Origin: an uncultured Alphaproteobacteria bacterium
GTDB taxonomy: Bacteria; Pseudomonadota; Alphaproteobacteria; Rhizobiales; Methyloligellaceae
Assembly: GCA_963816805.1 (NCBI GenBank)
Contig: CAWFLU010000015.1
Location: 4,758 to 68,757 of the forward strand
Direction: 5' to 3'
Length of the DNA stretch: 64,000 nt
Shown: positions 38,250 to 48,370 of the stretch, one piece after another
How the letters are laid out: each line of letters opens with the position of its first letter
Numbering within the stretch: the first letter of the stretch is position 1
Made by a program: the position numbers and the translations under genes
Notes under the pieces: generated by a model
The model's input: the letters and a program-made list of their open reading frames with translations, nothing else
Told to the model about the DNA's origin: nothing
The model's database searches: none

Positions 38250-38693
38250 TCAAACGCTCCGCCAGGAGTGAAAGGTTGCGGCTTGGCCGTGCCTCACCCC
38301 GTTCTGGTCGACGAGTTCCCAAACGATTCCATTCTCGATGATGAAGTGCCGGCCGGACTTAGCAACGCGCAAACCGCGATAGCCCGACATAAAGCCACGC
38401 TCGGCGACCGCGTCGAGCAAGGCTTGGCGCTCGGCGCGATCCGGCGCTTCGGCCGAGAGCCGCGACGGCATCGACACCATCTCATCCCAGTCGTACTCGA
38501 AGCAGGCTTGCGCGCAGCGATTGGCGTAGACGAATTTCGGGTCCGGCCCGTTGTCGTGGGCGAGCACGGCGAACGGTGCGTCGGCATAGAGCCACTCGGG
38601 ACTGGTCCCCTCTGGGACGAGCTTCGTACCGACCAGCCGCGCAAAGCTTCCGGTCAACAGCGCGAAGAAGTCGGAATCGGTCGACCGGTTCAT
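38250..38693 (-). CDS. MEKHLA (PAS-like) domain protein
   Basis: LL..SF..LVG..L......WLY.APFAVLAHD...DP.F.YAN..A...FEY.W.E....PSRLSAE pattern of bacterial MEKHLA proteins. Confidence 0.8.
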   Translation of the reverse strand: MNRSTDSDFFALLTGSFARLVGTKLVPEGTSPEWLYADAPFAVLAHDNGPDPKFVYANRCAQACFEYDWDEMVSMPSRLSAEAPDRAERQALLDAVAERGFMSGYRGLRVAKSGRHFIIENGIVWELVDQNGVRHGQAATFHSWRSV

Positions 38694-38929
38694 GACAGTG
38701 GTCCGGGCATCGTGGCGGAGCCGGGATTTAGCCCAAGACGCTTTCCTATGCGTGAGGAAATTTTATGCCGCTCGGCGCGGCGATCGGCGCCGCATGCCAC
38801 ATGAACCTCACCTGAACAGGCCGGTTCTTGCCGAAAATTAATGTTCGCGACGTTCTGCCACGTCCTGCGCACGAAGCGGAATTTGGCGACTACATTGCAT
38901 GGGTGGGGCATCGCGGGGACGCAGTTTCG

Positions 38930-40279
38930 ATGCAGCGACACGTGAAGCAAAGCGAGGCCGTACCGGCGCTCGACGGGCAATCGTCGGAGCCGTTTGTGGA
39001 ACGGCCGGAAGAGGTTCCGGCTCCGGTCGATGAACCGGCCAATCCGGCGCGCAAGCGGGGCGCGTCAGCCTGGCTGACCGCGCTCGTCGTGCTCGCACTC
39101 GGGGCATTGCTGATTGTCGATCGATCGCCGACCGAGAAGACCGGCGCGACGCCTGACAAGACCGCAAGCAACCCGGACCGGAAGCAAGGCCCGCCGCCGG
39201 TGCCGGTGACCGCCGCCGAGGTCGGCGTGCGGGACGTGCCGATCTATTTCGAAGGCCTCGGCACGGTCCAAGCCTCAAACACAGTGGCGATCCACAGCCA
39301 GGTTGACGGCAAGCTGCAAAGCGTGAATTTCACCGAAGGGCAGCGCGTCAAGGCGGGCCACGTGCTGGCGATCGTCGATCCCCGGCCGTTCCAGGCGGTA
39401 CTCGATCAGGCCAAGGCCAAGAAGGCGCAAGACCAGGCGCAGCTCGTGTCCGACGCGAAGGACCTCGCGCGCTTCCAGGACCTGGTTAAGAAGGGCGCCG
39501 GCACCCAGCAGGCGGTCGATCAGCAACAGGCCAAGGTCGATGCCTTGAACGCGACCATCGCCTCCGACCAGGCCGGGATCGAGAACGCTGAGACGCAGCT
39601 CAGCTATGCGACGATCACCGCGCCGATCAGCGGGCGCGTCGGTTTCCGCCAGGTCGATGCCGGCAACATCGTTCATGCCGGCGACCAGACGCCGATCACC
39701 GTGTTGACCGACCTGACGCCGACCATGGTGGTGCTCACTCTGCCGCAGCGCGACCTCGCAGACGTGCAGGACGCCATGGCGAAGGGTGAGGTGACGGTCA
39801 TCGCCATGGATCAGGACAATGTGCATGAACTCGGCAAGGGCAAGCTGCTGCTGATCGACAATCAGATCGACCAGACCACGAGCACGATCAGGCTCAAGGC
39901 GTCGTTCCCCAACGAGGACGAGCGGCTGTGGCCCGGCGAGTTCATCAGGGCGCGCGTGCTGGTCAAGATGCTGAAAGATGCGGTTGTCATCCCGCAAGGC
40001 GCGGTGCAGCGAAACTCGCAAGGGTTGCTCGCCTGGGTGATCGATGCCGACAATACGGCCGAGAATCGCCCCATCGAAGGCGGGCCAACCGTCGACGGCA
40101 TGACCGTGGTCAAGAGCGGGCTTAAGTCCGGCGATCGCGTCGTGGTGAGTGGCCAGTATCGCTTGAAGCCCGGCGTCAAGGTGAGCGCCGCGGCGGCGCA
40201 ACCGGCTAAGCCTGAAGCCGCGGCGCAACCGGCACTACAAGTCGCGCCGCACGCACATGCGGCAAAGGCGGCGCCATGA
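38930..40279 (+). CDS. RND efflux periplasmic adaptor (MdtA/AcrA family)
   Basis: Lipoyl/hairpin/beta-barrel signature: ...GTVQASNTVAIHSQVDGKLQSVNFTEGQRVKAGHVLAIVDPRPFQA...ITAPISGRVG... The start is uncertain (ATG 38930 or TTG 38828). Confidence 0.88.
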   Translation: MQRHVKQSEAVPALDGQSSEPFVERPEEVPAPVDEPANPARKRGASAWLTALVVLALGALLIVDRSPTEKTGATPDKTASNPDRKQGPPPVPVTAAEVGVRDVPIYFEGLGTVQASNTVAIHSQVDGKLQSVNFTEGQRVKAGHVLAIVDPRPFQAVLDQAKAKKAQDQAQLVSDAKDLARFQDLVKKGAGTQQAVDQQQAKVDALNATIASDQAGIENAETQLSYATITAPISGRVGFRQVDAGNIVHAGDQTPITVLTDLTPTMVVLTLPQRDLADVQDAMAKGEVTVIAMDQDNVHELGKGKLLLIDNQIDQTTSTIRLKASFPNEDERLWPGEFIRARVLVKMLKDAVVIPQGAVQRNSQGLLAWVIDADNTAENRPIEGGPTVDGMTVVKSGLKSGDRVVVSGQYRLKPGVKVSAAAAQPAKPEAAAQPALQVAPHAHAAKAAP

Positions 40280-43200
40280 ACATCTCGGCGCCATTCATCA
40301 ACCGTCCCGTCGCGACCACCCTGTTGATGATCGCGCTTGCTTTTGCCGGAATGGCGGCGTTTCCGCTGCTTCCCGTGGCACCGCTGCCCAAAGTCGACTT
40401 TCCCACCATCAACATTTCGGCGTCGCTGCCGGGGGCCAGCCCCGAGACCATGGCTTCGGCGGTGGCGCAGCCGCTCGAGCGTCAATTCTCGCAGATCGCC
40501 GGGGTGACGCAGATGACCTCGACAAGCACGCTCGGGGCAACCTCGATCGCGCTCCAGTTCGAGTTGAGCCGCAATATTGACGCGGCGGCGCAGGACGTGC
40601 AATCGGCGATCGCCGCAGCGGGTAGGCAATTGCCGACCGACCTGCCGTCGCCGCCCACTTACCGCAAGGTCAACCCGGCCGATTCGCCGGTGCTGGTGAT
40701 GGGCGTGCATTCGGATTCCCTGCCCCTCACTGTGGTCGACGACTACGCCGACACCATCCTTGCCCAGCAGATTTCGCAGATCGAGGGCGTGTCGCAAGTC
40801 TCGATCGGCGGCGAGCAGAAGCCTTCCGTTCGCGTTCAGGTCGATCCCGCCAAGCTCGCCGCGAAGAATCTCACGCTCGAGGATTTGCGCTCGGTGCTCG
40901 GCGCGGCGACGACCAATGCCGCCAAGGGCACGCTGTACAGCAACGACCGGAGCGTCACGCTCGCCGCCAACGACCAGCTCTCCAAAGCGAGCGACTATGC
41001 CGACGTAATCGTGGCCTACCGCAATGGCGCCGCGGTCAGGATCAAGGACGTGGGGGAGGCGATCGAAGGTCCCGAGAACCTCTATACCGGCGCGTGGGAC
41101 AACGGCAAACGTGCGGTGCTTCTTGTCGTCTTTAAGCAGCCGGGCGCCAATGTCATCGACACTGTGGACAGGGTGAAAGCGGCGCTGCCGCGGCTCAGGG
41201 CGGTGATCCCGCCGGCGATCAGCGTAGACATCCTGTCGGATCGCACCGAGACCATCCGCGCCTCGGTTGACGACGTCGAGTTCACGCTCGCGCTGACCAT
41301 CGGCCTCGTGGTGCTGGTGATCCTGCTGTTCCTGCGCAATCTTCGCGTGACCTTGATCCCGGGATTGGTCGTGCCGCTGTCGCTGCTCGGCGCGCTCGCG
41401 GTCATGTATTTTTGCGGATTCAGCCTCGACAACATCTCGCTGATGGCGCTCACCATCTCGGTCGGCTTCGTGGTCGACGACGCGATCGTCGTGGTGGAGA
41501 ACATCTATCGGCATATCGAGGACGGCATGCCGCCGCGCGAGGCTGCTCTGAAAGGCTCGCGCGAGATCGGCTTCACCGTGCTCTCGATCAGCGTCTCGCT
41601 GGTCGCCGTGTTCATACCGCTCTTGCTGATGGGCGGCATCGTCGGGCGGCTGTTCCGCGAGTTCTCCATTACCGTGACGGCGGCGATCGCCATATCGGCG
41701 CTCGTGTCGCTGATCCTGACGCCGATGCTGTGCGCGCGCTTCCTGCATCACGAGACCGGCCAGCATGGCATCGTGTGGCGCGCCATCGAATCGGTGTTCG
41801 ACGGCATGCTCTCCTTTTATCGCCGCACGCTCGACGGCGTGCTGCGGCACCCATTGATCACGCTGATGGTGTTCTTCGCCACCATGGCGGCGAGCGTCTA
41901 TCTATACATCGCCATTCCCAAGGGCTTCTTCCCCATTCAGGATACCGGGCTGGTCACCGGTTTCGCCGAGGCGGGGCAGGACATCTCACCGCAAGAAATG
42001 GCGCGGCTGATGGTGCGGCTCGGCGACGTGGTAGCGAAGGATCCGGACATCGCCGCCGTCGGGTCAGCCATGGGCAGCACCGGCAGCGCGCAAACCGCCA
42101 ATACCGGGCGCTTTTTCGTCGGGCTTAAGCCGCGCGATCAGCGCAGCACCGACGCGAGCGGGATCATCGATCGGTTGCGACCACAGCTTGCGCGAGTCGA
42201 GGGCGTCAAGCTCACGCTTCAGCCATCGCAGGACATCACCGTCGGCGGGCGCATCGGTCGCGGACAGTTCCAATACACGTTACAGGATACGGATATCGGC
42301 GAGCTCAACGAATGGGCGCCCAAGATTCTCGCCAAGCTCCAGACGCTGCCGGAGCTTGCTGACGTGTCGACTGACCAGCAGGGCAACGCCCCGCAATTGA
42401 TGGTCAGCATCAATCGCGACCAGGCGGCACGCTTCGGCATCATGCCTGAGGTGATCGACTCCACCCTGAATGACGCATTCGGCCAGCGGCAGGTGGCGCA
42501 GTACTATACCCAGACCAACACCTATCACGTGATCCTCGAAGTGCCGCCGGCGATGCAGGGCGACCCGAATACGCTCGACCGGATCTATCTCAAGTCGCCG
42601 CTGACCAATGCGTCAGTGCCGATCTCGACTCTCGTCACCATCGACAACACGCAAGTTGGGCCGCTATCGGTCTCGCATCAGGGCCAGTTTCCGGCGATCA
42701 CGCTCTCGTTCAACCTGCAAAGCGGGATGGCGCTCGGTCAGGCGGTCGATGCCATCAACAAAGCGGTCCTCGACATGGGCACTCCCGTAACCCTAACGGG
42801 AACGTTCCAGGGCAACGCGCAAGCCTTCCAGGATTCGCTCGCCAACGAGCCGGTGCTGATCGCCGCGGCGCTGGTCGTTGTGTATCTGATCCTCGGCATG
42901 CTGTATGAGAGCTTCATCCACCCGCTCACCATTCTCTCCACGCTCCCTTCGGCCGGGGTGGGCGCGCTGCTCGCGCTGATGGCTGGCGGCTTCGATCTCT
43001 CGGTGATCGGCATTATCGGCATCATCCTTCTGATCGGCATCGTCAAGAAGAACGGCATCATGCTGGTCGATTTCGCCATCCAGCGCGAGCGTGTGGGCGA
43101 CACGCCGCACGAGGCTATCCGCGAAGCCTGCCTTCTGCGCTTCCGGCCGATCCTGATGACGACGATGGCGGCGATGCTGGGCGGCGTGCCGTTGATGCTC

Positions 43201-43389
43201 GGCCACGGCGCGGGCTCTGAGCTCCGGCAACCGCTTGGTTATGCCATGGTCGGCGGATTGGCGCTGTCGCAGGTGCTGACGCTCTACACCACGCCGATCG
43301 TCTATCTCTATCTCGCGCGACTCCAGAACAGGCTCCGCGGTGCGAAGCGCGAGATGCGCAAGGCTGAGGAGCTCGCTCCCGCCGAGTGA
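40276..43389 (+). CDS. RND efflux permease (AcrB/MdtB/MdtC family)
   Basis: 1037 aa with 12-TM RND architecture. N-terminus MNISAPFINRPVATTLLM. ATGA overlap with the adaptor gene. Confidence 0.95.
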   Translation: MNISAPFINRPVATTLLMIALAFAGMAAFPLLPVAPLPKVDFPTINISASLPGASPETMASAVAQPLERQFSQIAGVTQMTSTSTLGATSIALQFELSRNIDAAAQDVQSAIAAAGRQLPTDLPSPPTYRKVNPADSPVLVMGVHSDSLPLTVVDDYADTILAQQISQIEGVSQVSIGGEQKPSVRVQVDPAKLAAKNLTLEDLRSVLGAATTNAAKGTLYSNDRSVTLAANDQLSKASDYADVIVAYRNGAAVRIKDVGEAIEGPENLYTGAWDNGKRAVLLVVFKQPGANVIDTVDRVKAALPRLRAVIPPAISVDILSDRTETIRASVDDVEFTLALTIGLVVLVILLFLRNLRVTLIPGLVVPLSLLGALAVMYFCGFSLDNISLMALTISVGFVVDDAIVVVENIYRHIEDGMPPREAALKGSREIGFTVLSISVSLVAVFIPLLLMGGIVGRLFREFSITVTAAIAISALVSLILTPMLCARFLHHETGQHGIVWRAIESVFDGMLSFYRRTLDGVLRHPLITLMVFFATMAASVYLYIAIPKGFFPIQDTGLVTGFAEAGQDISPQEMARLMVRLGDVVAKDPDIAAVGSAMGSTGSAQTANTGRFFVGLKPRDQRSTDASGIIDRLRPQLARVEGVKLTLQPSQDITVGGRIGRGQFQYTLQDTDIGELNEWAPKILAKLQTLPELADVSTDQQGNAPQLMVSINRDQAARFGIMPEVIDSTLNDAFGQRQVAQYYTQTNTYHVILEVPPAMQGDPNTLDRIYLKSPLTNASVPISTLVTIDNTQVGPLSVSHQGQFPAITLSFNLQSGMALGQAVDAINKAVLDMGTPVTLTGTFQGNAQAFQDSLANEPVLIAAALVVVYLILGMLYESFIHPLTILSTLPSAGVGALLALMAGGFDLSVIGIIGIILLIGIVKKNGIMLVDFAIQRERVGDTPHEAIREACLLRFRPILMTTMAAMLGGVPLMLGHGAGSELRQPLGYAMVGGLALSQVLTLYTTPIVYLYLARLQNRLRGAKREMRKAEELAPAE

Positions 43390-43505
43390 ACAGGCCGGCT
43401 CTTGGCCGCTTGTTGCATTCCCGACCGATTGACGTGGACGGGCACGCGTATGGCCGACTATTAATGTTGGCGAGCCAAGGTTGCGGACTGAAGTGGTTGC
43501 TGACG

Positions 43506-43931
43506 ATGGCCAATAGCGAGACCCGAATCGACGTGATCGTCAGGTTCGCCAATGGCGGCAGTTTCGTGCCGGAAGACCTCGCGCTGATCGAAGCAATCCG
43601 CACGTCCCGCTCGATCCTCGGTGCGAGCCGGACAACCGGAGTGTCCTATCGCAAATGCTGGCTGATGGTCGACGCGATGAACCGTACCTTCGAGACGCCG
43701 GTGTTCGCGACGTTTCCGGGCAGGAAGGGCGGCGGCGCCGAGCTCACGGATTTCGGCGAGCGGCTCGTCGCGCTCTACCGCTCGATGGAGCGCCGGGGAA
43801 GGAGCGCGAGCGCGCAAGGCCTTGCCGAGCTCAACGCCTCGCTCAATCCGTCCTATCGGCCGCGGGCCAGCGGCGAGGCTCGGGAAGTCGATCGGCCTCA
43901 ATCGCGCCTTTCCCGAGCACGACGGTCTTGA
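43506..43931 (+). CDS. ModE N-terminal-type winged-helix regulator (no Mop/TOBE domains)
   Basis: LIEAIRTSRSILGASRTTGVSYRKCWLMVDAMN...GGGAELTDFGERL matches the ModE/LysR-like HTH domain. Confidence 0.8.
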   Translation: MANSETRIDVIVRFANGGSFVPEDLALIEAIRTSRSILGASRTTGVSYRKCWLMVDAMNRTFETPVFATFPGRKGGGAELTDFGERLVALYRSMERRGRSASAQGLAELNASLNPSYRPRASGEAREVDRPQSRLSRARRS

Positions 43932-44340
43932 TCATGGCCCAGGCGCGAAGCCCACGCTCGAGTCCGAGCCGCTCGACCAACTCGGTGGTCACCAGAGCGT
44001 CGAGACGGGTCGCGCCGAGAACGAATGTGACTCGCACATAGGGTAGCGCCAGCGGCTCGACGGCGACGATGGTGCCAGGCAGGCGATTGGTGATCGAGAC
44101 GTCCATGGGCCGCGACAGCGCGATCGAAACGTCGCGCGCATAGATGGTCACCCGAACGCCGGAATCGACCGGAGCTGCGACCAGCGGCACGCGCAGCTCC
44201 CCGTCGCCGAAATAGAGCGTCGACAGGCCGTGTCCCTCGTCATGCCGGAGAATGCGGGCGTTCAGGGTGGTGGAAAGGGTGGGCGGCTTGATCGACTTCG
44301 CTGCGAGCGTCTTTGCCTGCCTCGCCTGCTCAGTGCTCAT
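43843..44340 (-). CDS. TOBE-domain protein equivalent to the C-terminal regulatory domain of ModC
   Basis: ...LNARILRHDEGHGLSTL.FGDGELRVPL......GVRVTIYARDVSIA....DVSITNRLPGTIVAV...L.A.VT......LGLERG...WAMIKTV. No ABC ATPase domain. GAGAGG SD is supplied by the upstream repeat. Confidence 0.75.
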   Translation of the reverse strand: MSTEQARQAKTLAAKSIKPPTLSTTLNARILRHDEGHGLSTLYFGDGELRVPLVAAPVDSGVRVTIYARDVSIALSRPMDVSITNRLPGTIVAVEPLALPYVRVTFVLGATRLDALVTTELVERLGLERGLRAWAMIKTVVLGKGAIEADRLPEPRRWPAADRTD

Positions 44341-44347
44341 GGTTCGC

Positions 44348-44396
44348 CTCTCTCTCTCTCTCTCTCTCTCTCTTGCGCGCGCGCACGCACGCACGG
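44348..44396. repeat. Compound microsatellite (CT)13-TG-(CG)n-(ACGC)3
   Basis: Direct reading: (CT)13 at 44348-44373, alternating GC at 44375-44384, ACGC repeats at 44385-44395. Lies 8 nt upstream of the TOBE gene start (as (GA)13 on the coding strand). Confidence 0.95.
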
Positions 44397-44546
44397 TGCG
44401 GATGGTGTGGGGATGGTCATGCCTTCGCGCTAAACGAGAATTTTAGAATGAGCAACCATCGGCTTAAGCCAGTTTGACACGCACGTATATCGCGAGCGAA
44501 ATAGATTCAACTCGGGAACGTCCATCGATACCTTAAGGGAACGCTC

Positions 44547-44753
44547 ATAAAGATTTCTGCACGCAACGCCCTTCCGGGCAAGATCGTCGACATCAAGAAG
44601 GGTGCGACCACCGCCCATGTGCGCATCGACGTGAACGGCACCGTCGTGACCGCCTCGATCACCAATGAATTGGTCGACGAACTGGCGCTCAAAGTCGGCG
44701 ACAAGGTTCATGCCGTGATCAAGTCGTCGGACGTGATGGTGGCCGTTCCCTAG
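44547..44753 (+). CDS. mop: Molbindin (Mop, single TOBE domain, 68 aa) whose expected ATG is ATA
   Basis: The translation (I)KISARNALPGKIVDIKKGATTAHVRIDVNGTVVTASITNELVDELALKVGDKVHAVIKSSDVMVAV matches Mop proteins, which start MKISARN. AAGGGA lies 6 nt upstream of ATA 44547. There is no ATG/GTG/TTG in the open frame from 44505. Confidence 0.65.
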   Translation: MKISARNALPGKIVDIKKGATTAHVRIDVNGTVVTASITNELVDELALKVGDKVHAVIKSSDVMVAVP

Positions 44754-44766
44754 CCGCCGAACTGAA

Positions 44767-45626
<860 letters not shown>

Positions 45627-45627
<1 letters not shown>

Positions 45628-46649
45628 CACAGAGGCTCCTGTTGCGTGATGCAATGGAACGAGCCGCCGCCCGATATGCCCGAGCCGAGCAGTCCGTGCG
45701 AGGAGAGGCCGACGATCTTGCGGGTGGGGAATACGCCTTGCAATGCCTCGAGTGCGAACGGCGCGGCTCGCGTGCCGTAGACTGGCACGACCACGATGCC
45801 GTTTGCGATGACGAAATTCATGTGCGAGGCGGGCGAGGCATCCCCGCCTGAGTTGGCGAGCAGGCCTGGGCTCGGGATGCGGGCGATGTCGAGCTTCCGG
45901 CCATGCGCGTCGGTCGCAGCGGCAAGCTGTTGAGCGACGCTCTCGAGGACGTCAGCATTGGGATCGTCAGCGCCTGACGGCGACTGACAGACGACGCGGC
46001 CAGGGGCGACGAACCGCGCCACATTGTCGATATGTCCGTCGGTGTGGTCGTTGGCGAGGCCCTGATCAAGCCAGATGATCTTGCGCGCGCCGAAGGCCCG
46101 ATGGAGCGCCGTCTCGGCCTGATGCTGGTTCCACCCGTTGCGATTTGCATTGAGCAGGGTCTGGCGCGTGGCGAGCGTGGTGCCCTCGCCGTCATGATCG
46201 ACGGCGCCCCCTTCGAGCACGAAGTCGAAGCTCTGCGTGCTTACGCCCGCGAGCGCTGCCACTTCGCCGGCGACGGTCGCATCGTCAGGGAAGTCGAACT
46301 TGCCGCCCCAGCCATTCTTCCGGAATGTCAGCGCGACCGCCCCATCCTCGTTTCGCGCGAAGATCGGGCCGGTGTCGCGTAGCCAGATGTCGCCGTAGCG
46401 CGCGCGAACGAGCTCGGCTTCCTGCCCCAGTTCGGCGCGTGCCGAACTCTCGGCTTCGGCGCTGTTCACGAGGAGACGAACGTGGTTCGTCGCGGCGAGG
46501 GCGTGCACCAAGGCCGCCAAATCGCGGCGCGGCGCGGCGAGGTCGCCGTTCCATTCCGCGGGAGAGGCGGGCCATGCCGTCCAGATCGCCTTCTGTGGCG
46601 CCCATTCGGCGGGGACTGAGATCGATGTATCGGCCAAGGGAGCTCTCAT
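45627..46649 (-). CDS. aguA: Agmatine deiminase
   Basis: PAEWAPQKAIWTAWP, HTDGHIDN and a C-terminal GGGSFHCITQQ (catalytic Cys). Confidence 0.92.
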
Positions 46650-46687
46650 GCCGTCCTACTATAGAGAGTGGCAGCGATGCGCAAAGC

Positions 46688-47218
46688 CTAAGGCCGCGCC
46701 AGCGCCATCGGCCATTGCGCGGCGACATATTGGCGGAACCAGACGCTGTAGCGCTCTGGCGTGGCGGCGCTGTCGGCGCGCAGTTCGTCGAGGCTCGCCC
46801 ATTGATAGCCCTCGGCCTCTTGCGGATTGGGCGCGACCGTGCCTTCATAGACTCCGCGGAACACATGCACGAGCTCATGCTCGGTCATGCCGCCGTCGAG
46901 CTCGGCGCGGTAGGTGATGGTGCCAAGCGGGGCGAGGAGGCAGACGAAGCCCATCTCTTCTTCGAGCCGCCGGCTGGCTGCCGCTCCGATGGCCTCACCC
47001 GGCCGCGGATGGCCGCAACAAGCATTGGTCCACAATCCGCCCGAGTGGTATTTGCTGACGTGACGCTTCTGCAACAGTTGGCGCCCCATGCCGTCCCACA
47101 CGATCACCGAAAAAGCGCGGTGGAGGGCGCCGGCGTGGTGCGCTTCGAGCTTGCCGGCGGTGCCGATGACATGGTCGCCAGCATCGACGAGGACCAGCAA
47201 CTCTTCTTGGTCGCGCAT
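46688..47218 (-). CDS. idi: Isopentenyl-diphosphate delta-isomerase, type 1 (Nudix)
   Basis: LHRAFSV....G..LLQKR...K....GLWTNACCGHP and EHELVHVF motifs. ATG at 47218 with GAAGG SD. Confidence 0.9.
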   Translation of the reverse strand: MRDQEELLVLVDAGDHVIGTAGKLEAHHAGALHRAFSVIVWDGMGRQLLQKRHVSKYHSGGLWTNACCGHPRPGEAIGAAASRRLEEEMGFVCLLAPLGTITYRAELDGGMTEHELVHVFRGVYEGTVAPNPQEAEGYQWASLDELRADSAATPERYSVWFRQYVAAQWPMALARP

Positions 47219-47368
47219 GACCGACCTTCTTGTGGATGTTACGAGGTGAGTAGTAGGTCCTTGGCCGCGCGGGGAAAAGCACGATTTCTGTAGGCTTTTC
47301 GCCACGCTGGGCGCTCGGACGCTGCACTGGGCTCGACGACGCTCCTATATGCCAATAAGAAGCAGGCC

Positions 47369-48301
47369 ATGCCAGAGTTTCCCGTACGCGCAAGTACCGT
47401 CCTGATCGTCGTCCTCCTGTCGCTTGCCTGCGCCGCGCCGGCGCTTGCCAACGCCAAAGTCTGCCGCAGTCAGGAGCAGCGCTACGAGCAGATCGAGCGC
47501 GACCCCTCGTCGATCGAGATGAATGCGGCTCTGTTCTCGGCCGCCGACAAAGGCTGCCTCGACCTTGCCAAGCAGCTGCTGGAGTTGGGTGCCTCGCTCG
47601 ATGCGCGCGACCGGCTGGGAGCCAGGCCGTTGGCGCGCGCCGCCGTCGCCGGCGAGGTCGAACTGGTCGCGCTTTTCCTCGATAAGGGCGCGTCCATCGA
47701 TGCGCAGAATCTCGAGGGCTCCTCGGCGCTGTATCAGGCGGCAGAGAACGGCCGGTTCCCAGTCGTCCAGCTCCTGATCGACCGCGGCGCGAACGTAAAC
47801 CTTCCCGGCCGGAGCGGCATCACGCCGCTGTCGGCGGGGGCCTATATGGGCAGCGTGCCGATCGTCGAATTGTTCATCGCCAAGGGCGTCGATCCCAAAA
47901 CGGCCGACGGAACGGGCAAGTCTGCCATCATCTACGCCGCGGGGCGCGGCTTCCCGGCGGTGGTGCGCCTCCTGCTCGACCACGGCGTCGGCGCCAATGC
48001 GCGTTACGGCAATGATCTCACCGTGCTGATGTGGGCGGCCGGCTATTCCGACGAAGCGGGCGTGCAGGACGAGATCGAGGTCATGAAATTGCTGCTCGAT
48101 CGCGGCGCGCATATCGACGATGCCGACAATCGCGGCCGTACCGCGCTGATGATCGCGGCCGAGCTCAACCACGCCGCCGCCGTCGACCTGCTGCTCGCGC
48201 GTGGCGCCGACAAATCGCTCAAGGATCAGCAGGGTAAGACAGCGAGCGATCTCACTACGCTCACCGCGCTCCGCGACAAGCTCGCAGCCAATCCCAACTA
48301 G
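47369..48301 (+). CDS. Secreted ankyrin-repeat protein
   Basis: Signal peptide, then about 8 ankyrin repeats (e.g. G.TPL..AA..G....V.LLL..GA). Confidence 0.9.
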   Translation: MPEFPVRASTVLIVVLLSLACAAPALANAKVCRSQEQRYEQIERDPSSIEMNAALFSAADKGCLDLAKQLLELGASLDARDRLGARPLARAAVAGEVELVALFLDKGASIDAQNLEGSSALYQAAENGRFPVVQLLIDRGANVNLPGRSGITPLSAGAYMGSVPIVELFIAKGVDPKTADGTGKSAIIYAAGRGFPAVVRLLLDHGVGANARYGNDLTVLMWAAGYSDEAGVQDEIEVMKLLLDRGAHIDDADNRGRTALMIAAELNHAAAVDLLLARGADKSLKDQQGKTASDLTTLTALRDKLAANPN

Positions 48302-48370
48302 CCTCATTCCGTCATGGCGTGGCTTGCCCCGGCCATCCACGCCTTCTGTGCCGGCGTGTTGGACGACGGG

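Noticed and set aside
44484-44506. Possible ModE operator (Mo-box), CGTATAT-N10-ATAGAT, upstream of mop
   Set aside because: Only the left half resembles the CGNTATAT half-site I remember. The right half is poor. This is too weak to call without a position weight matrix scan.
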